Virus record (IMG/VR): IMGVR_UViG_3300028298_000030 | Location: 1-25,895 of that record | Length of the DNA: 25,895 nucleotides | From: a virus | Direction: 5' to 3' (one strand) | Part shown: in pieces, positions 1 through 8,362 of the stretch | Numbering within the stretch: position 1 is the first letter of the stretch | Layout of the letters: each line of letters starts with the position of its first letter | Program-made: the position numbers and the translations under genes | Notes under the pieces: model-generated | Told to the model about the DNA's origin: nothing | Seen by the model: the letters and a program-made list of their open reading frames with translations, nothing else | Database searches by the model: none

Positions 1-169
1 TGGTGCATCCCGCAACCTGCCGGGTTCTGGGTTCAAGTCCGGTGAGCTGATCTTTCCCGCAGAAGTACCGGTCAAGAGGATAACAAGCGGTCGTAAGTTT
101 ATACTGGCAGTATTCGTCCCCGGCACAAACATCTCCTGCATGCAGGTATGCACACTTGTGAGATTGCAT
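1..169 (-). CDS. Cys-rich hypothetical protein, runs off the window edge (MQSHKCAYLHAGDVCAGDEYCQY...)
   Basis: Hand translation; ATG lies 1 nt after the stop of the 171..326 ORF; open to the window edge. Confidence 0.4.
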   Translation of the reverse strand, partial: MQSHKCAYLHAGDVCAGDEYCQYKLTTACYPLDRYFCGKDQLTGLEPRTRQVAGCT

Positions 170-170
170 T

Positions 171-326
171 TCAAATCAACCCCGCATCGCGTCCAACCTC
201 ATACGCAGCATCGATCAGGGCCGCTTCATGGTCGGTCAGACAATCGTTCATATCCCGCCCGCAGGCCTCGGTGTCCTTGTTGCAGGCACCGCAGAGATCC
301 GCAATGAGGTTGGCCATGTGGCTCAT
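171..326 (-). CDS. Small Cys-containing hypothetical protein, 51 aa (MSHMANLIADLCGACNKDTEAC...)
   Basis: Hand translation; ATG overlaps the upstream TGA (ATGA); CxxC motif. Below the ORF-track cutoff. Confidence 0.45.
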   Translation of the reverse strand: MSHMANLIADLCGACNKDTEACGRDMNDCLTDHEAALIDAAYEVGRDAGLI

Positions 327-586
327 GATGCCCTCTGTTCCTGCGGGTTGTATTCCCGGACCACATACCGCTGGTTACCCTCGATCACATACTGGATCGA
401 GAAATGCCGCCCGCTCTCATCGCAGGGATCACAGGGGCCATCATGCATGCAGGTGTATCCCTTTGCGGAAATGCACCCACAGAATGGGTATTGGCAAACT
501 TTGATTTCCTCAGGCGATTCAGAATTGTTAGCAGTCTCCCCTTCTTGATCGGGACTGCCATCATGGTTTTTGGTTGTTGTTTGCAT
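323..586 (-). CDS. Cys-rich hypothetical protein, 87 aa
   Basis: ORF track 323..607, start moved to MQTTTK; CxxxxCxC...C...CxxC cluster; coupled to neighbours. Confidence 0.55.
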   Translation of the reverse strand: MQTTTKNHDGSPDQEGETANNSESPEEIKVCQYPFCGCISAKGYTCMHDGPCDPCDESGRHFSIQYVIEGNQRYVVREYNPQEQRAS

Positions 587-746
587 TGGTTTCACACACC
601 TTTTCAACGATCATCTTACCTCTTGATTCCCGGATATTTACGGTATCCCCGGGTGAGATTCCGAGCGCGATAGCAATACTTTGGGGTATTGACATCCGAA
701 TTGCCCGGCTCACTTGATTGACTTTGACATTGAGCGTTTTGCCCAT
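561..746 (-). CDS. AbrB/MazE/SpoVT-family DNA-binding protein, 61 aa
   Basis: From ATG at 746: KVNQVSRAIRMSIPQSIAIALGISPGDTVNIRESRGKMIVEK matches the swapped-hairpin pattern (IP..I...LGI.PGD.V). Confidence 0.8.
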   Translation of the reverse strand: MGKTLNVKVNQVSRAIRMSIPQSIAIALGISPGDTVNIRESRGKMIVEKVCETNANNNQKP

Positions 747-814
747 ACCAGAGTATATACCAGTGAGGATATATACCTTGTGGTTTGTGGGTTGGAAAAA
801 GGATATATACCAGT
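744..814. promoter_or_regulatory. Divergent control region with (GA)TATATACC(AGT) direct repeats
   Basis: tatataccagt (754-764), ggatatatacc (767-777), ggatatataccagt (801-814) and a partial cataccag (744-751), between the divergent starts at 746 (-) and 834 (+). Confidence 0.55.
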
Positions 815-833
815 ACGAATAGAATACCACACC

Positions 834-1019
834 ATGCAAAACACGATTGAAGTTCTCACTATTGTGAAAACCAGTGATGAGGCGGGGCAGGTCAACTATT
901 CGGTGAATGGTTCTCTCTCGCTCGATGAAGCTGCACGGGCGCTTGTAATCGTGGCGTTTCAGGCAGAAAAACCGAAAAAAGAAGGGAGTATTCTAATAGG
1001 AGTGAATGACGATGGATAA
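834..1019 (+). CDS. Hypothetical protein, 61 aa
   Basis: In-frame ATG at 834 within ORF 714..1019; divergent from the AbrB gene; contains the GGAGTGA RBS for the next gene. Confidence 0.5.
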   Translation: MQNTIEVLTIVKTSDEAGQVNYSVNGSLSLDEAARALVIVAFQAEKPKKEGSILIGVNDDG

Positions 1020-1266
1020 AATTAAGATAATCACAGTGGCTCTGATTGCCGCAATGGTATTAGCTACAGGATTCGTTGCGGGGATGCAGTATCAGAAAAG
1101 CCAGCCGGTTAAGGTTGATGTTATCAGTTATTCAGGGATTGATATCACAAAAGTACAAACTTTTCTTTATCCCGTGAAAATGGAACAGACCACCATGCTC
1201 TCAGACCAAAATTATTATTGGGATCGGAATGTTTCTTTTTACGGAATTTTAATTCATCCCAGTTAA
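1006..1266 (+). CDS. Small membrane-anchored or secreted protein, 86 aa
   Basis: Basic N-terminus followed by the hydrophobic helix IITVALIAAMVLATGFVAGM; RBS upstream. Start may be 1012. Confidence 0.65.
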   Translation: MTMDKIKIITVALIAAMVLATGFVAGMQYQKSQPVKVDVISYSGIDITKVQTFLYPVKMEQTTMLSDQNYYWDRNVSFYGILIHPS

Positions 1267-1466
1267 GAAAATAACCCCAAAATGCAGAAAACTATATCAA
1301 TGTGGTTAAAAAAATATGTTTAGTAGTAATATGAGACAGAAAATCAGGAAGGTCATCCGGCAGATCAGGGCACACCAGTTCGGACAGCCCGCCCCAGAAT
1401 TTCTCTCCTTTGACCCGGGCTTCAGACGCAGGGCTCACGCACCACCTTGCATCCGATAACTCTTTT

Positions 1467-1769
1467 TTACATCGCGATATTGACGAGCTGCCGGAACATC
1501 GCAGGCTCCGGGACGGTCTGGAGCCCAAGACTCGCTCTCACGAAACCCTTCCCGGTGTTTGAGATGCGCCGATAGCCACACTCATTAAGGGCGTGGGCGA
1601 TGTTCCATTCCATCCGGACGATCCGCTGGCTGGCAATCTCCGGCAGTCGTTCGAGGTAGTCCTGGATCACGGTGCAGGACACAAAAAACGGGTACTCCCT
1701 GCTCTTGAGGTAATTGAGAACAAGTGGAGAAACGAGCAGGAAATCCCAAGAAACCCGGATTTCACCCAT
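1467..1769 (-). CDS. Hypothetical protein, 100 aa
   Basis: ATG at 1769 within ORF 1467..1910, just downstream of the hub gene; no family recognised. Confidence 0.5.
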   Translation of the reverse strand: MGEIRVSWDFLLVSPLVLNYLKSREYPFFVSCTVIQDYLERLPEIASQRIVRMEWNIAHALNECGYRRISNTGKGFVRASLGLQTVPEPAMFRQLVNIAM

Positions 1770-1795
1770 TGCTAAAAAGTAGGCGGATCTGATAT

Positions 1796-4597
1796 TTAAA
1801 GCAACGCTTTTTGGGAAGCTGCCGTGTTCTTGTCCAGAACATTGTACACGTCCTTGACGTAATCCCCGAGGGTAAGCGACACGATCATCCTGTTGGCATC
1901 CATCTCCCACAGGATCACCTGCCGCTCGATCGCTGTGGCCCCGGTGTATGGCACGATGGAGATCTTCTGTCCCTCCCGGATCATCACGGGCCCGGTAAGC
2001 TGCACTCCATCCCGCACGCGGTTCACCGTGAACTGGAACCAGGTCAGGTTCATCGAGGATTTCTGGTAGTACTGGGAGCCCTGCAGGAGCGCATTTGATG
2101 CTGCCACTTCCAGGTCCGGGATAGTCGTGAGGGTATCAATCGTGATGTTCTTCGTGATTGTGCCATGGAACTGTAGTGTTGATCCCGTTTCCGGTGCTGC
2201 TTCCGTGTGCTGGGTTGTTGAAATCAGACACCCTGGTAGGTGTGGAGTTATGATTGAAGTCCCGGCCCCAATATCCCCACTGCTCCCGATCGCTGTATAA
2301 GGTCCATAAACAGCATCCGAATCGATTGACCGGAAGGTTCGTTTCTCGGTCCCGACGTAGTGATCTGTACCTGTGGAAATTATTGAAGAATCTTTAATAT
2401 AGGTTTTAGTTGCGATGAGGATACTGTATTTCATGAGAGGAATAGTATCCAAATATCCGGTTGTGAAGGTTACCGTTGTGGTCAAAGTACCATCAGTTTG
2501 GGTTTCTGTAGTTATTCCCGAGACTGTTTTTGCTCCATAGATTTGTGGCGCGGCATCTGCCTTGATGCCGTACACATAAAATGTGTCACCAATTTTGAGA
2601 GCATATCCCTGTCCGATCAAAGTAATGGTGGTGGCACTCGCCGCATAGGAATAAACATACCCATCCATCCGGTAGGAGATCACTGTTGAAGCTTTGAAGA
2701 ACTGTTTTGATGAATCCCATGCATCCTTTGCCGATATCGCTGCCGTGATGCTGCTATTCAGGCCACTCTGGGCAGTTGCGAGTGCGTTCTTGCCCTTGGC
2801 GATCACCTTCGTGAACAGGTCCACCTTATCATCGGAGTTCGTGAACCGGACGCAGTTCACTCCGTTGGTGAATGCCCGCACCACATCCGGCTCCATGAGG
2901 TCGTTGGAGAAGTCCATCCGTGGCACCTGCACGATCAGGCAGTTATCAAGGGTGAGCGGAACCTGCGCAGCCCCGGTAACTGCTGCCGTGATAGTGGTTG
3001 CATCGTTGGCGGTAATCCTGCCCCATGCGAGGACTCCGATATTATTCACGGGGAACTTCACATACGAGTGGCCGGTTGTGGTGTATGCACCTGAGTAGGT
3101 AATCGGTGCACCCCCTTTGGTTGCCGAGATCTTGAAGTATGCTGTGGGGCCGCCGGTATTGACATACACGACATAGTATATCGTCCCGGCCACGATCTGC
3201 GCAGGAAGGGTGCCTGTCGTTGAGAATATGACCCGATCTCCAGTACACGGCAAAGTCGTCCATGGAGTGATGACGTCGCTACCCCCGGCAGAAAGCAAAA
3301 CGGTACTGCCCACCGTGGAGAGGATGCTGGCGGTCGGGAACAGGATCCAGTTGCCCACGAGTGCGCTTGTTGTGAGTCCCGCGCTCGTGATGGTGATGAG
3401 ATTGGAGCCGTTGAAAGTCGCATACTGGAACAGCATCGTCTCCATCCGGGTGCGCCAGTCGTAATCGGTTGCATTCGTGAGCTGGGAAAACGCCGTCAGT
3501 TTATCACTATCGGTGAGCGTCATCTGCAGCAGGGAGCCGGACGGGTCGATGAATCCGCCCCGGGTGCCGATGAAGTCCGGCTCTCCGGAGTTGATATCGA
3601 GGATTGAGGTGCAGAGCTGGCCGGGAGATTTCCCGACTTGTGAGGCCGGGGTCTTGATGTTCCAGTCACTGAGCTTCTTAACGTCCGTATACGCTTCGCA
3701 GTGGTAGATGGCTTTCTGGGGAGTGACACCTGGCGGACTCTTCTGCTCCTTCTCGGCCTTGGTGATCTTCCCCGACCAGATAACGTCATATCCGCCGATA
3801 ATGGCGATGTTCTTGTAGGTGCCGATCGTGGTGCTCTCGAACAGGTCAATTTCATCTGCAGTACCGGCACCGGTGTTCACGATATCGAACGTGGCCTTGC
3901 CGGCCTTGGTCATGGCACCTTGCACGAGAAGGTTCACAAAGAAGAGGTTGCAGGACGCCGTCTTATTCCGGCAGATGCAGGAGCCTTTCGGGGCTGTCTC
4001 TAGGGAGCGCTCGTATACGAATAGCGTAAGATTCCGGTATGCGGTTGATATCGTGGGCGGAGTAAAGGTACCGGTGGCGATCTTGAGCCAGTCGGTTTTT
4101 GTTGTAGTAGCCGCGCTGGATCCTCCGGAATCATTACACGTGAGGGCGATCTTGTGGGTGCCTGCAGCGATGGTTTTGAACTGGATGACGGGGTTCTGCA
4201 GGTCGCTGACCTTGCTGATGGTGAACGACCCGGATCCGCTCCCGTTTGTGTACGTGACCGGTGCCCCGCCCTTGGTGAGAGAGATTGAGATCCAAGATGG
4301 TGGACCCACTGCCACAACCCAGTACACAACCGTCCCGGATAAACCTGTGGGAAACGATCCCGTTGTGAATAGTTTTATCTGATCGTTGATCAGGAAAACG
4401 GTATAAAAATTGGTACCCGTCAGATACGGGGTCGAAACCGGGGCATCCATCGCGTGAGAGTCATCGAGCTTCCACAGCCACGAGTTTATCACGCCGTTGT
4501 CCGTGGTGGACTTGTCAACGAACCGGACGTTTAACGTACTGCCCGCCACTCCAAAATGTGTGCGGGGGTTGGAGTCAAAATCCGAGGTGATGGTCAT
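1796..4597 (-). CDS. Baseplate hub/central tail fibre protein (933 aa) with a split N-terminal PKD domain and two fibre-type repeats
   Basis: Last large gene of the tail module, after TMP and Dit-like genes. PKD halves V.F.D.S...SWLW and QNPV..F...GTH.IAL..N..GS..TTKTDWLKI. Hub-like segments (W.G.I.K.E; TDYDWR; D..DLFTKVIAKG). Confidence 0.75.
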   Translation of the reverse strand: MTITSDFDSNPRTHFGVAGSTLNVRFVDKSTTDNGVINSWLWKLDDSHAMDAPVSTPYLTGTNFYTVFLINDQIKLFTTGSFPTGLSGTVVYWVVAVGPPSWISISLTKGGAPVTYTNGSGSGSFTISKVSDLQNPVIQFKTIAAGTHKIALTCNDSGGSSAATTTKTDWLKIATGTFTPPTISTAYRNLTLFVYERSLETAPKGSCICRNKTASCNLFFVNLLVQGAMTKAGKATFDIVNTGAGTADEIDLFESTTIGTYKNIAIIGGYDVIWSGKITKAEKEQKSPPGVTPQKAIYHCEAYTDVKKLSDWNIKTPASQVGKSPGQLCTSILDINSGEPDFIGTRGGFIDPSGSLLQMTLTDSDKLTAFSQLTNATDYDWRTRMETMLFQYATFNGSNLITITSAGLTTSALVGNWILFPTASILSTVGSTVLLSAGGSDVITPWTTLPCTGDRVIFSTTGTLPAQIVAGTIYYVVYVNTGGPTAYFKISATKGGAPITYSGAYTTTGHSYVKFPVNNIGVLAWGRITANDATTITAAVTGAAQVPLTLDNCLIVQVPRMDFSNDLMEPDVVRAFTNGVNCVRFTNSDDKVDLFTKVIAKGKNALATAQSGLNSSITAAISAKDAWDSSKQFFKASTVISYRMDGYVYSYAASATTITLIGQGYALKIGDTFYVYGIKADAAPQIYGAKTVSGITTETQTDGTLTTTVTFTTGYLDTIPLMKYSILIATKTYIKDSSIISTGTDHYVGTEKRTFRSIDSDAVYGPYTAIGSSGDIGAGTSIITPHLPGCLISTTQHTEAAPETGSTLQFHGTITKNITIDTLTTIPDLEVAASNALLQGSQYYQKSSMNLTWFQFTVNRVRDGVQLTGPVMIREGQKISIVPYTGATAIERQVILWEMDANRMIVSLTLGDYVKDVYNVLDKNTAASQKALL

Positions 4598-4600
4598 GGA

Positions 4601-5029
4601 TTACGACCCCACGATCCGGAGTGTAATGTCATAGCTGAGCGTTTCACCATGTGCCCCCTGTTCCCCGCAGGTGAACCGGGTGGGAACACAGTACCACGTC
4701 TTTGCTGAGACCGGCCACGCAAATATGAGCGATACTATCTCAACCCGGCAGAGATACAGGAGTTTCTCGAACTTTGTGGATCCCGGCGTGCTGCCGTCTG
4801 CGGTACCAAGTCCATCCTTGAACTGTCCGGAGATGCTGATACTCTCCTGTGTATATTTGAAGTCCAGTGCCTGGGCCGTGGTGGCGCCAGTCGTGGAATC
4901 CGCCGGGGCCTCCATCACAGCAATTTCGTTTACGTAGGAGTATTGAGGCCCACCGCCCTCGTTGTAGGTCTTATCGAAATCTACGGTGACGGTACTATCC
5001 TGGTTGGTGAGTGTGCATGCATATGTCAT
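4601..5029 (-). CDS. Distal-tail (Dit-like) protein, 142 aa
   Basis: Position between TMP and hub, ATGA-coupled to TMP; beta-rich and ends in YDITLRIV. Confidence 0.55.
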   Translation of the reverse strand: MTYACTLTNQDSTVTVDFDKTYNEGGGPQYSYVNEIAVMEAPADSTTGATTAQALDFKYTQESISISGQFKDGLGTADGSTPGSTKFEKLLYLCRVEIVSLIFAWPVSAKTWYCVPTRFTCGEQGAHGETLSYDITLRIVGS

Positions 5030-6105
5030 AGAGTCAGCCCCTTGCCACGCACACGCATGAACTCCATGAACTTCAGGAAGAGCTCGTATTCGGTCTTGGT
5101 CTGGCCGTAATTATAGAAGTTGAAGGTATCCCCACCTCCAGTACCTGCAGCGGATTGACCGGAGCCCCGGACGCCACTGAAGGTCTCACCCCGGTGCACA
5201 ACTGCGATACCGGTCTGGGTAACTGTCCCACCTGCGTCAAGGGTCGGCAATCCCAGCGAGCCGGCGGCCATGTTATAGACTCCTTTACCCCCGGCCCAAA
5301 GTGCGAGCAGGAAGCTCCAGATGGCTCCGAGGGGGTTGGCAATGAAATCAATGGCAATCTGGGTAATACCCGGGCCGTTCCCAATCCCCCAGAGGTACTG
5401 AAGGATTGAGATCATGAGGTCGGCAAGCCCGGAGAACGCCCCGAGAATGGCGGATCCGATATTGAACATTAATGCAATGGCATCATGGGCCAGTTTGACG
5501 TTGCCTATAATGACGTACTCGGCAATCGTCCAGAGCCAGTCGCCGATACCCTCCAGGATCCCGAGTGTGAAGTTGATCGCGCTCGTGATGTTGCCCTCTC
5601 CGAGTGCCCACTGGATGAGCTTGATGACCCATCCAAGTGGGGAGGTGAGCAGGAGCAGGTTCACGCCGAAGTCCAGCAGGCTTTTGAGTGTAAGGTTCTT
5701 AGTGAAGTTCCGGAAGGCAATGATCAGTTGATACAGCCACCGGACGAGCATCATGAAAATCGGCATCAGGGGCATCAGGATCACATCCATCAGGAACCCG
5801 AGCAGCTTGCCGATAGTTCCGAAAACCGTCGTGAGGATCTTGGAGTTCGAGACGGCCATCAGGAGCACCCCGACACCGATCCCGACCACGGCTGCCAATC
5901 CGGTTAGGGACTTTGTGAGGGTTTCGAAAACCGTTCCGATACCCTCGCCTTTCATAAGGCTCCCCTGGGCTGCCCCAAGTGCACCCGTAAGAGATTTCGG
6001 CCCGTTCTTTGTCGCTCCTCCACCCCCACCCCCGGCAAGGGCGTCCATCACTTTGCGTCCCTGCACATCGACGAGGACCTTGACGTTATAGTTTGTTTCC
6101 GGCAT
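5026..6105 (-). CDS. Short tape measure protein (about 359 aa)
   Basis: Follows the tail chaperone; Gly/Ala-rich amphipathic and hydrophobic helices; typical C-terminal GG.V..TG.A.VH.GE motif. ATG at 6105 (GTG at 6111 is an alternative). Confidence 0.78.
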   Translation of the reverse strand: MPETNYNVKVLVDVQGRKVMDALAGGGGGGATKNGPKSLTGALGAAQGSLMKGEGIGTVFETLTKSLTGLAAVVGIGVGVLLMAVSNSKILTTVFGTIGKLLGFLMDVILMPLMPIFMMLVRWLYQLIIAFRNFTKNLTLKSLLDFGVNLLLLTSPLGWVIKLIQWALGEGNITSAINFTLGILEGIGDWLWTIAEYVIIGNVKLAHDAIALMFNIGSAILGAFSGLADLMISILQYLWGIGNGPGITQIAIDFIANPLGAIWSFLLALWAGGKGVYNMAAGSLGLPTLDAGGTVTQTGIAVVHRGETFSGVRGSGQSAAGTGGGDTFNFYNYGQTKTEYELFLKFMEFMRVRGKGLTL

Positions 6106-6253
6106 GTCCACCCCCCGCTAACTTGTTCTGTCTCTCGACAATCCCGGCCACGAGGAAGACTTCCTCGATTGGCTCGGTGTCAAGCTCCGACGGCTTCTTT
6201 CCCAGCATACAGCACAGCTCAACGAGTGCCTGCCCCTCAGGACTCTTTGCGAA
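6086..6253 (-). CDS. GT extension of the tail assembly chaperone, reached by a predicted +1 frameshift
   Basis: The +1 frame after TCC TTT CGC (6257-6249) is open for 55 codons: FAKSPEGQALVELCCMLGKKPSELDTEPIEEVFLVAGIVERQNKLAGGGHAGNKL*. It fills the G-TMP gap. Confidence 0.7.
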   Translation of the reverse strand, partial: FAKSPEGQALVELCCMLGKKPSELDTEPIEEVFLVAGIVERQNKLAGGGHAGNKL

Positions 6254-6698
6254 AGGAGATCGCAGTCTGGTGCGCCTCCTTGATCAGGGCCTCTGCCTTC
6301 TGGTAGATCAGTTCCGCTTCACCCGTGATCTCATCATAATAGCGCCATGATTCTGCGCTGTTGTAAGGTTCATCCATGCACAGTGCGGCAAGCGTGCGGT
6401 AGAGCTGTTCGAGGCTGTCATTGAGAAAACCGTCCGGGAGCTCAGTAGGTATAATCGTTCCGTTCCGGGCGGCTTCGAGGTCCACACCCTTATACTTCTG
6501 CGCAAGTTTCAGGATCTCCGACCGGGCGCTGCCGGGAAGAGCCATCCTGGTCCGGATGGTAATGCCATTGTGGACAAGGGAGAGTGATTTCTCCCCGGAC
6601 GACCGGATGAGGGCGTCCATGGCGGTATGAAGGGCAGCCTGCTTGCGTTCGAATTCATCGCGGGATGCAAGTTCTTTTTGGGGATCGAGTTCTTCCAT
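6237..6698 (-). CDS. Tail assembly chaperone (lambda gpG-like), 153 aa
   Basis: Between tail tube and TMP; acidic and helical; ends ...ISFRKES over a slippery site. Confidence 0.72.
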   Translation of the reverse strand: MEELDPQKELASRDEFERKQAALHTAMDALIRSSGEKSLSLVHNGITIRTRMALPGSARSEILKLAQKYKGVDLEAARNGTIIPTELPDGFLNDSLEQLYRTLAALCMDEPYNSAESWRYYDEITGEAELIYQKAEALIKEAHQTAISFRKES

Positions 6699-6707
6699 AG
6701 TGCAGCC

Positions 6708-7169
6708 TCAGGAATTCGCAAATACGCAGCTCTTACCTTCGCCGGAGAATTCAACCGTCCACCAGTCGTTTTCCGGGAGACTCATGGGGAAACTCTCGAA
6801 ATAGACATCCGTTACGGTGATCTTACAGAGCGTCCCGGCTGCCCCGGTTGCCGTTGCTACGACGACGAACACGGGCACATCGTTGGTATCTGCCGTAGTG
6901 CCGTCGAAAGCAGAATTGTTCAGGATCTTGTAAGGGAACCCACTCGAGATGATCGTGTTGAATTTCGCGCTCTTAATTTTCACTTCTACGCGGAACGTGT
7001 GCCGGGCGAGATCCGCCCACAGGATTGATCCGCCGCCATACAGTTTTGCGACATCGTACTTGGGGGTGATCTCAACTCCTTTGAAGACCGCCAGTGCCGT
7101 AACACTATCGACTGTGATAATGCCCCGATTCCCAAAAAACGTGTCTAATACCATGCTTGGTGCTGCCAT
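6708..7169 (-). CDS. Major tail tube protein, 153 aa
   Basis: Position after the terminator; beta-rich tube-like pattern (..ITVTDVYFES.P.S...NDWWTVEFSGEGK). Confidence 0.72.
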   Translation of the reverse strand: MAAPSMVLDTFFGNRGIITVDSVTALAVFKGVEITPKYDVAKLYGGGSILWADLARHTFRVEVKIKSAKFNTIISSGFPYKILNNSAFDGTTADTNDVPVFVVVATATGAAGTLCKITVTDVYFESFPMSLPENDWWTVEFSGEGKSCVFANS

Positions 7170-7172
7170 GTT

Positions 7173-7625
7173 TCATATCACCTGTTTTACCTGTAAATTC
7201 AATGTCCAGTAATGCATTACATAATCCCCGATACGCCAGTACCCGACTTCAAGCGAAGCATCGACGACTTCCCCGCCACACACAACACCGAGCACCGATG
7301 TCCCCCTTACCGTGGCATTGGCCTGGGTAAAGAGGTCCAGCGCAGCCAGCCCGTAATCCCGTGTTGACCGGATGTAGGAGGTGATGTCCGTGCCCTTGTA
7401 GAAGGCTACGATGTGCAGGGGATAGGTGTGCTCCTCGCCATTTGCATAGAGTTTGATCGTATCCCGTCCCTCAACGAACGGTATTGCGTAGGCTTCCGGT
7501 GGGGTAATGTACCGCGGGTCTTCGTCCCGTTCGGAGATCCGATCGAGTCCGAGGATGACAAGATTTGTCGTGATGCGGGCCATGACGGCATCGATGACGC
7601 AGTTGATCTGGTCACTCGATGACAT
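7173..7625 (-). CDS. Tail terminator/completion protein (about 150 aa)
   Basis: Position; start moved to MSSSDQ; typical C-terminal strand YVMHYWTLNLQVKQ. Confidence 0.6.
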   Translation of the reverse strand: MSSSDQINCVIDAVMARITTNLVILGLDRISERDEDPRYITPPEAYAIPFVEGRDTIKLYANGEEHTYPLHIVAFYKGTDITSYIRSTRDYGLAALDLFTQANATVRGTSVLGVVCGGEVVDASLEVGYWRIGDYVMHYWTLNLQVKQVI

Positions 7626-8079
7626 GATCCGCCCCGCTGAAGAGTTGCATGACCGCCTGGCAGCCGTTCGCAATGCCCGCCTCGATCCCATCTTCGATGA
7701 AGGAATTCGGGCGCATCCCTCGTATGCAGCGCCGGAAGATGAGGTCGCCGCCGCCTTTCGGTTTCCATGCCATGACGTGCGGGTGTCCGGGATTCCTCTT
7801 GCTCATCCCCTTGGCGCAGATCATCTGGTGCTTGGGCCCGTAGAGACCGGTACCGGTGATGTGGAAGGGAAGATATGAGGTGTTATTGGCGAACTCAATC
7901 TGGGTGCGGGTCAGTTTCCGCTCGTGCCAGTGCTGCCGCATGTATCCCTTGTCGACCGGGGTTCCCTTCATGATCTCGGTCTGGATCTCGGCCATGAAGA
8001 CATCGGCGATCCGTGCCTGCAGCTCTTCCATCTCGATTGTGCCGGTTACGATATCCTTGAGGATCTTCGAGTCGTTCAT
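7612..8079 (-). CDS. Neck/tail-completion protein (HK97 gp10-like), about 155 aa
   Basis: TPVDKGYMRQHW, N.TSY..F...GTG and G..PN.FIEDG motifs; ATG at 8079 overlaps the upstream TGA. Confidence 0.62.
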   Translation of the reverse strand: MNDSKILKDIVTGTIEMEELQARIADVFMAEIQTEIMKGTPVDKGYMRQHWHERKLTRTQIEFANNTSYLPFHITGTGLYGPKHQMICAKGMSKRNPGHPHVMAWKPKGGGDLIFRRCIRGMRPNSFIEDGIEAGIANGCQAVMQLFSGADHVIE

Positions 8080-8360
8080 GGCTTGTACTGCATCACAATA
8101 GTGAACAGAGAGAGGCAAACCGAGATCAATGAGGTCACTACAAGACCCGCCCCTGCAAGGAGCAGGTTGTCAAGGCGCTTGTTCAGCTCCTTGATTTCCT
8201 CTTTCAGCTCGGAGACCGCGGTATCAGACTGTTCGCAAATCTGCTTTGCCTCCCGGGCGGTGTTTTTTCGTGCCATGTCAACTGCACCGACGAGGTTCTG
8301 GTCTCTCTCCCGCTGAATGCGTTCGCAGTCCAGGAACGTAACAAATTCATTCTCTCTCAC
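8076..8360 (-). CDS. Coiled-coil protein with a C-terminal TM helix (holin/XhlA-like topology)
   Basis: GGAGG RBS before GTG at 8360; heptads VSELKEEIKELNKRLDNL, then hydrophobic LLAGAGLVVTSLISVCLSLFTIV. Confidence 0.5.
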   Translation of the reverse strand: MRENEFVTFLDCERIQRERDQNLVGAVDMARKNTAREAKQICEQSDTAVSELKEEIKELNKRLDNLLLAGAGLVVTSLISVCLSLFTIVMQYKP

Positions 8361-8362
8361 TA

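Noticed and set aside
20-50. GGTTCAAGTCC resembling a tRNA T-loop (possible att site)
   Set aside because: The T-stem pairs for only 2 bp, there is no cloverleaf or acceptor stem, and it lies inside an open minus-strand frame.
1292-1528. 78-aa minus-strand ORF
   Set aside because: It overlaps the upstream gene, has no credible start or motif, and runs into a T-rich, terminator-like region.
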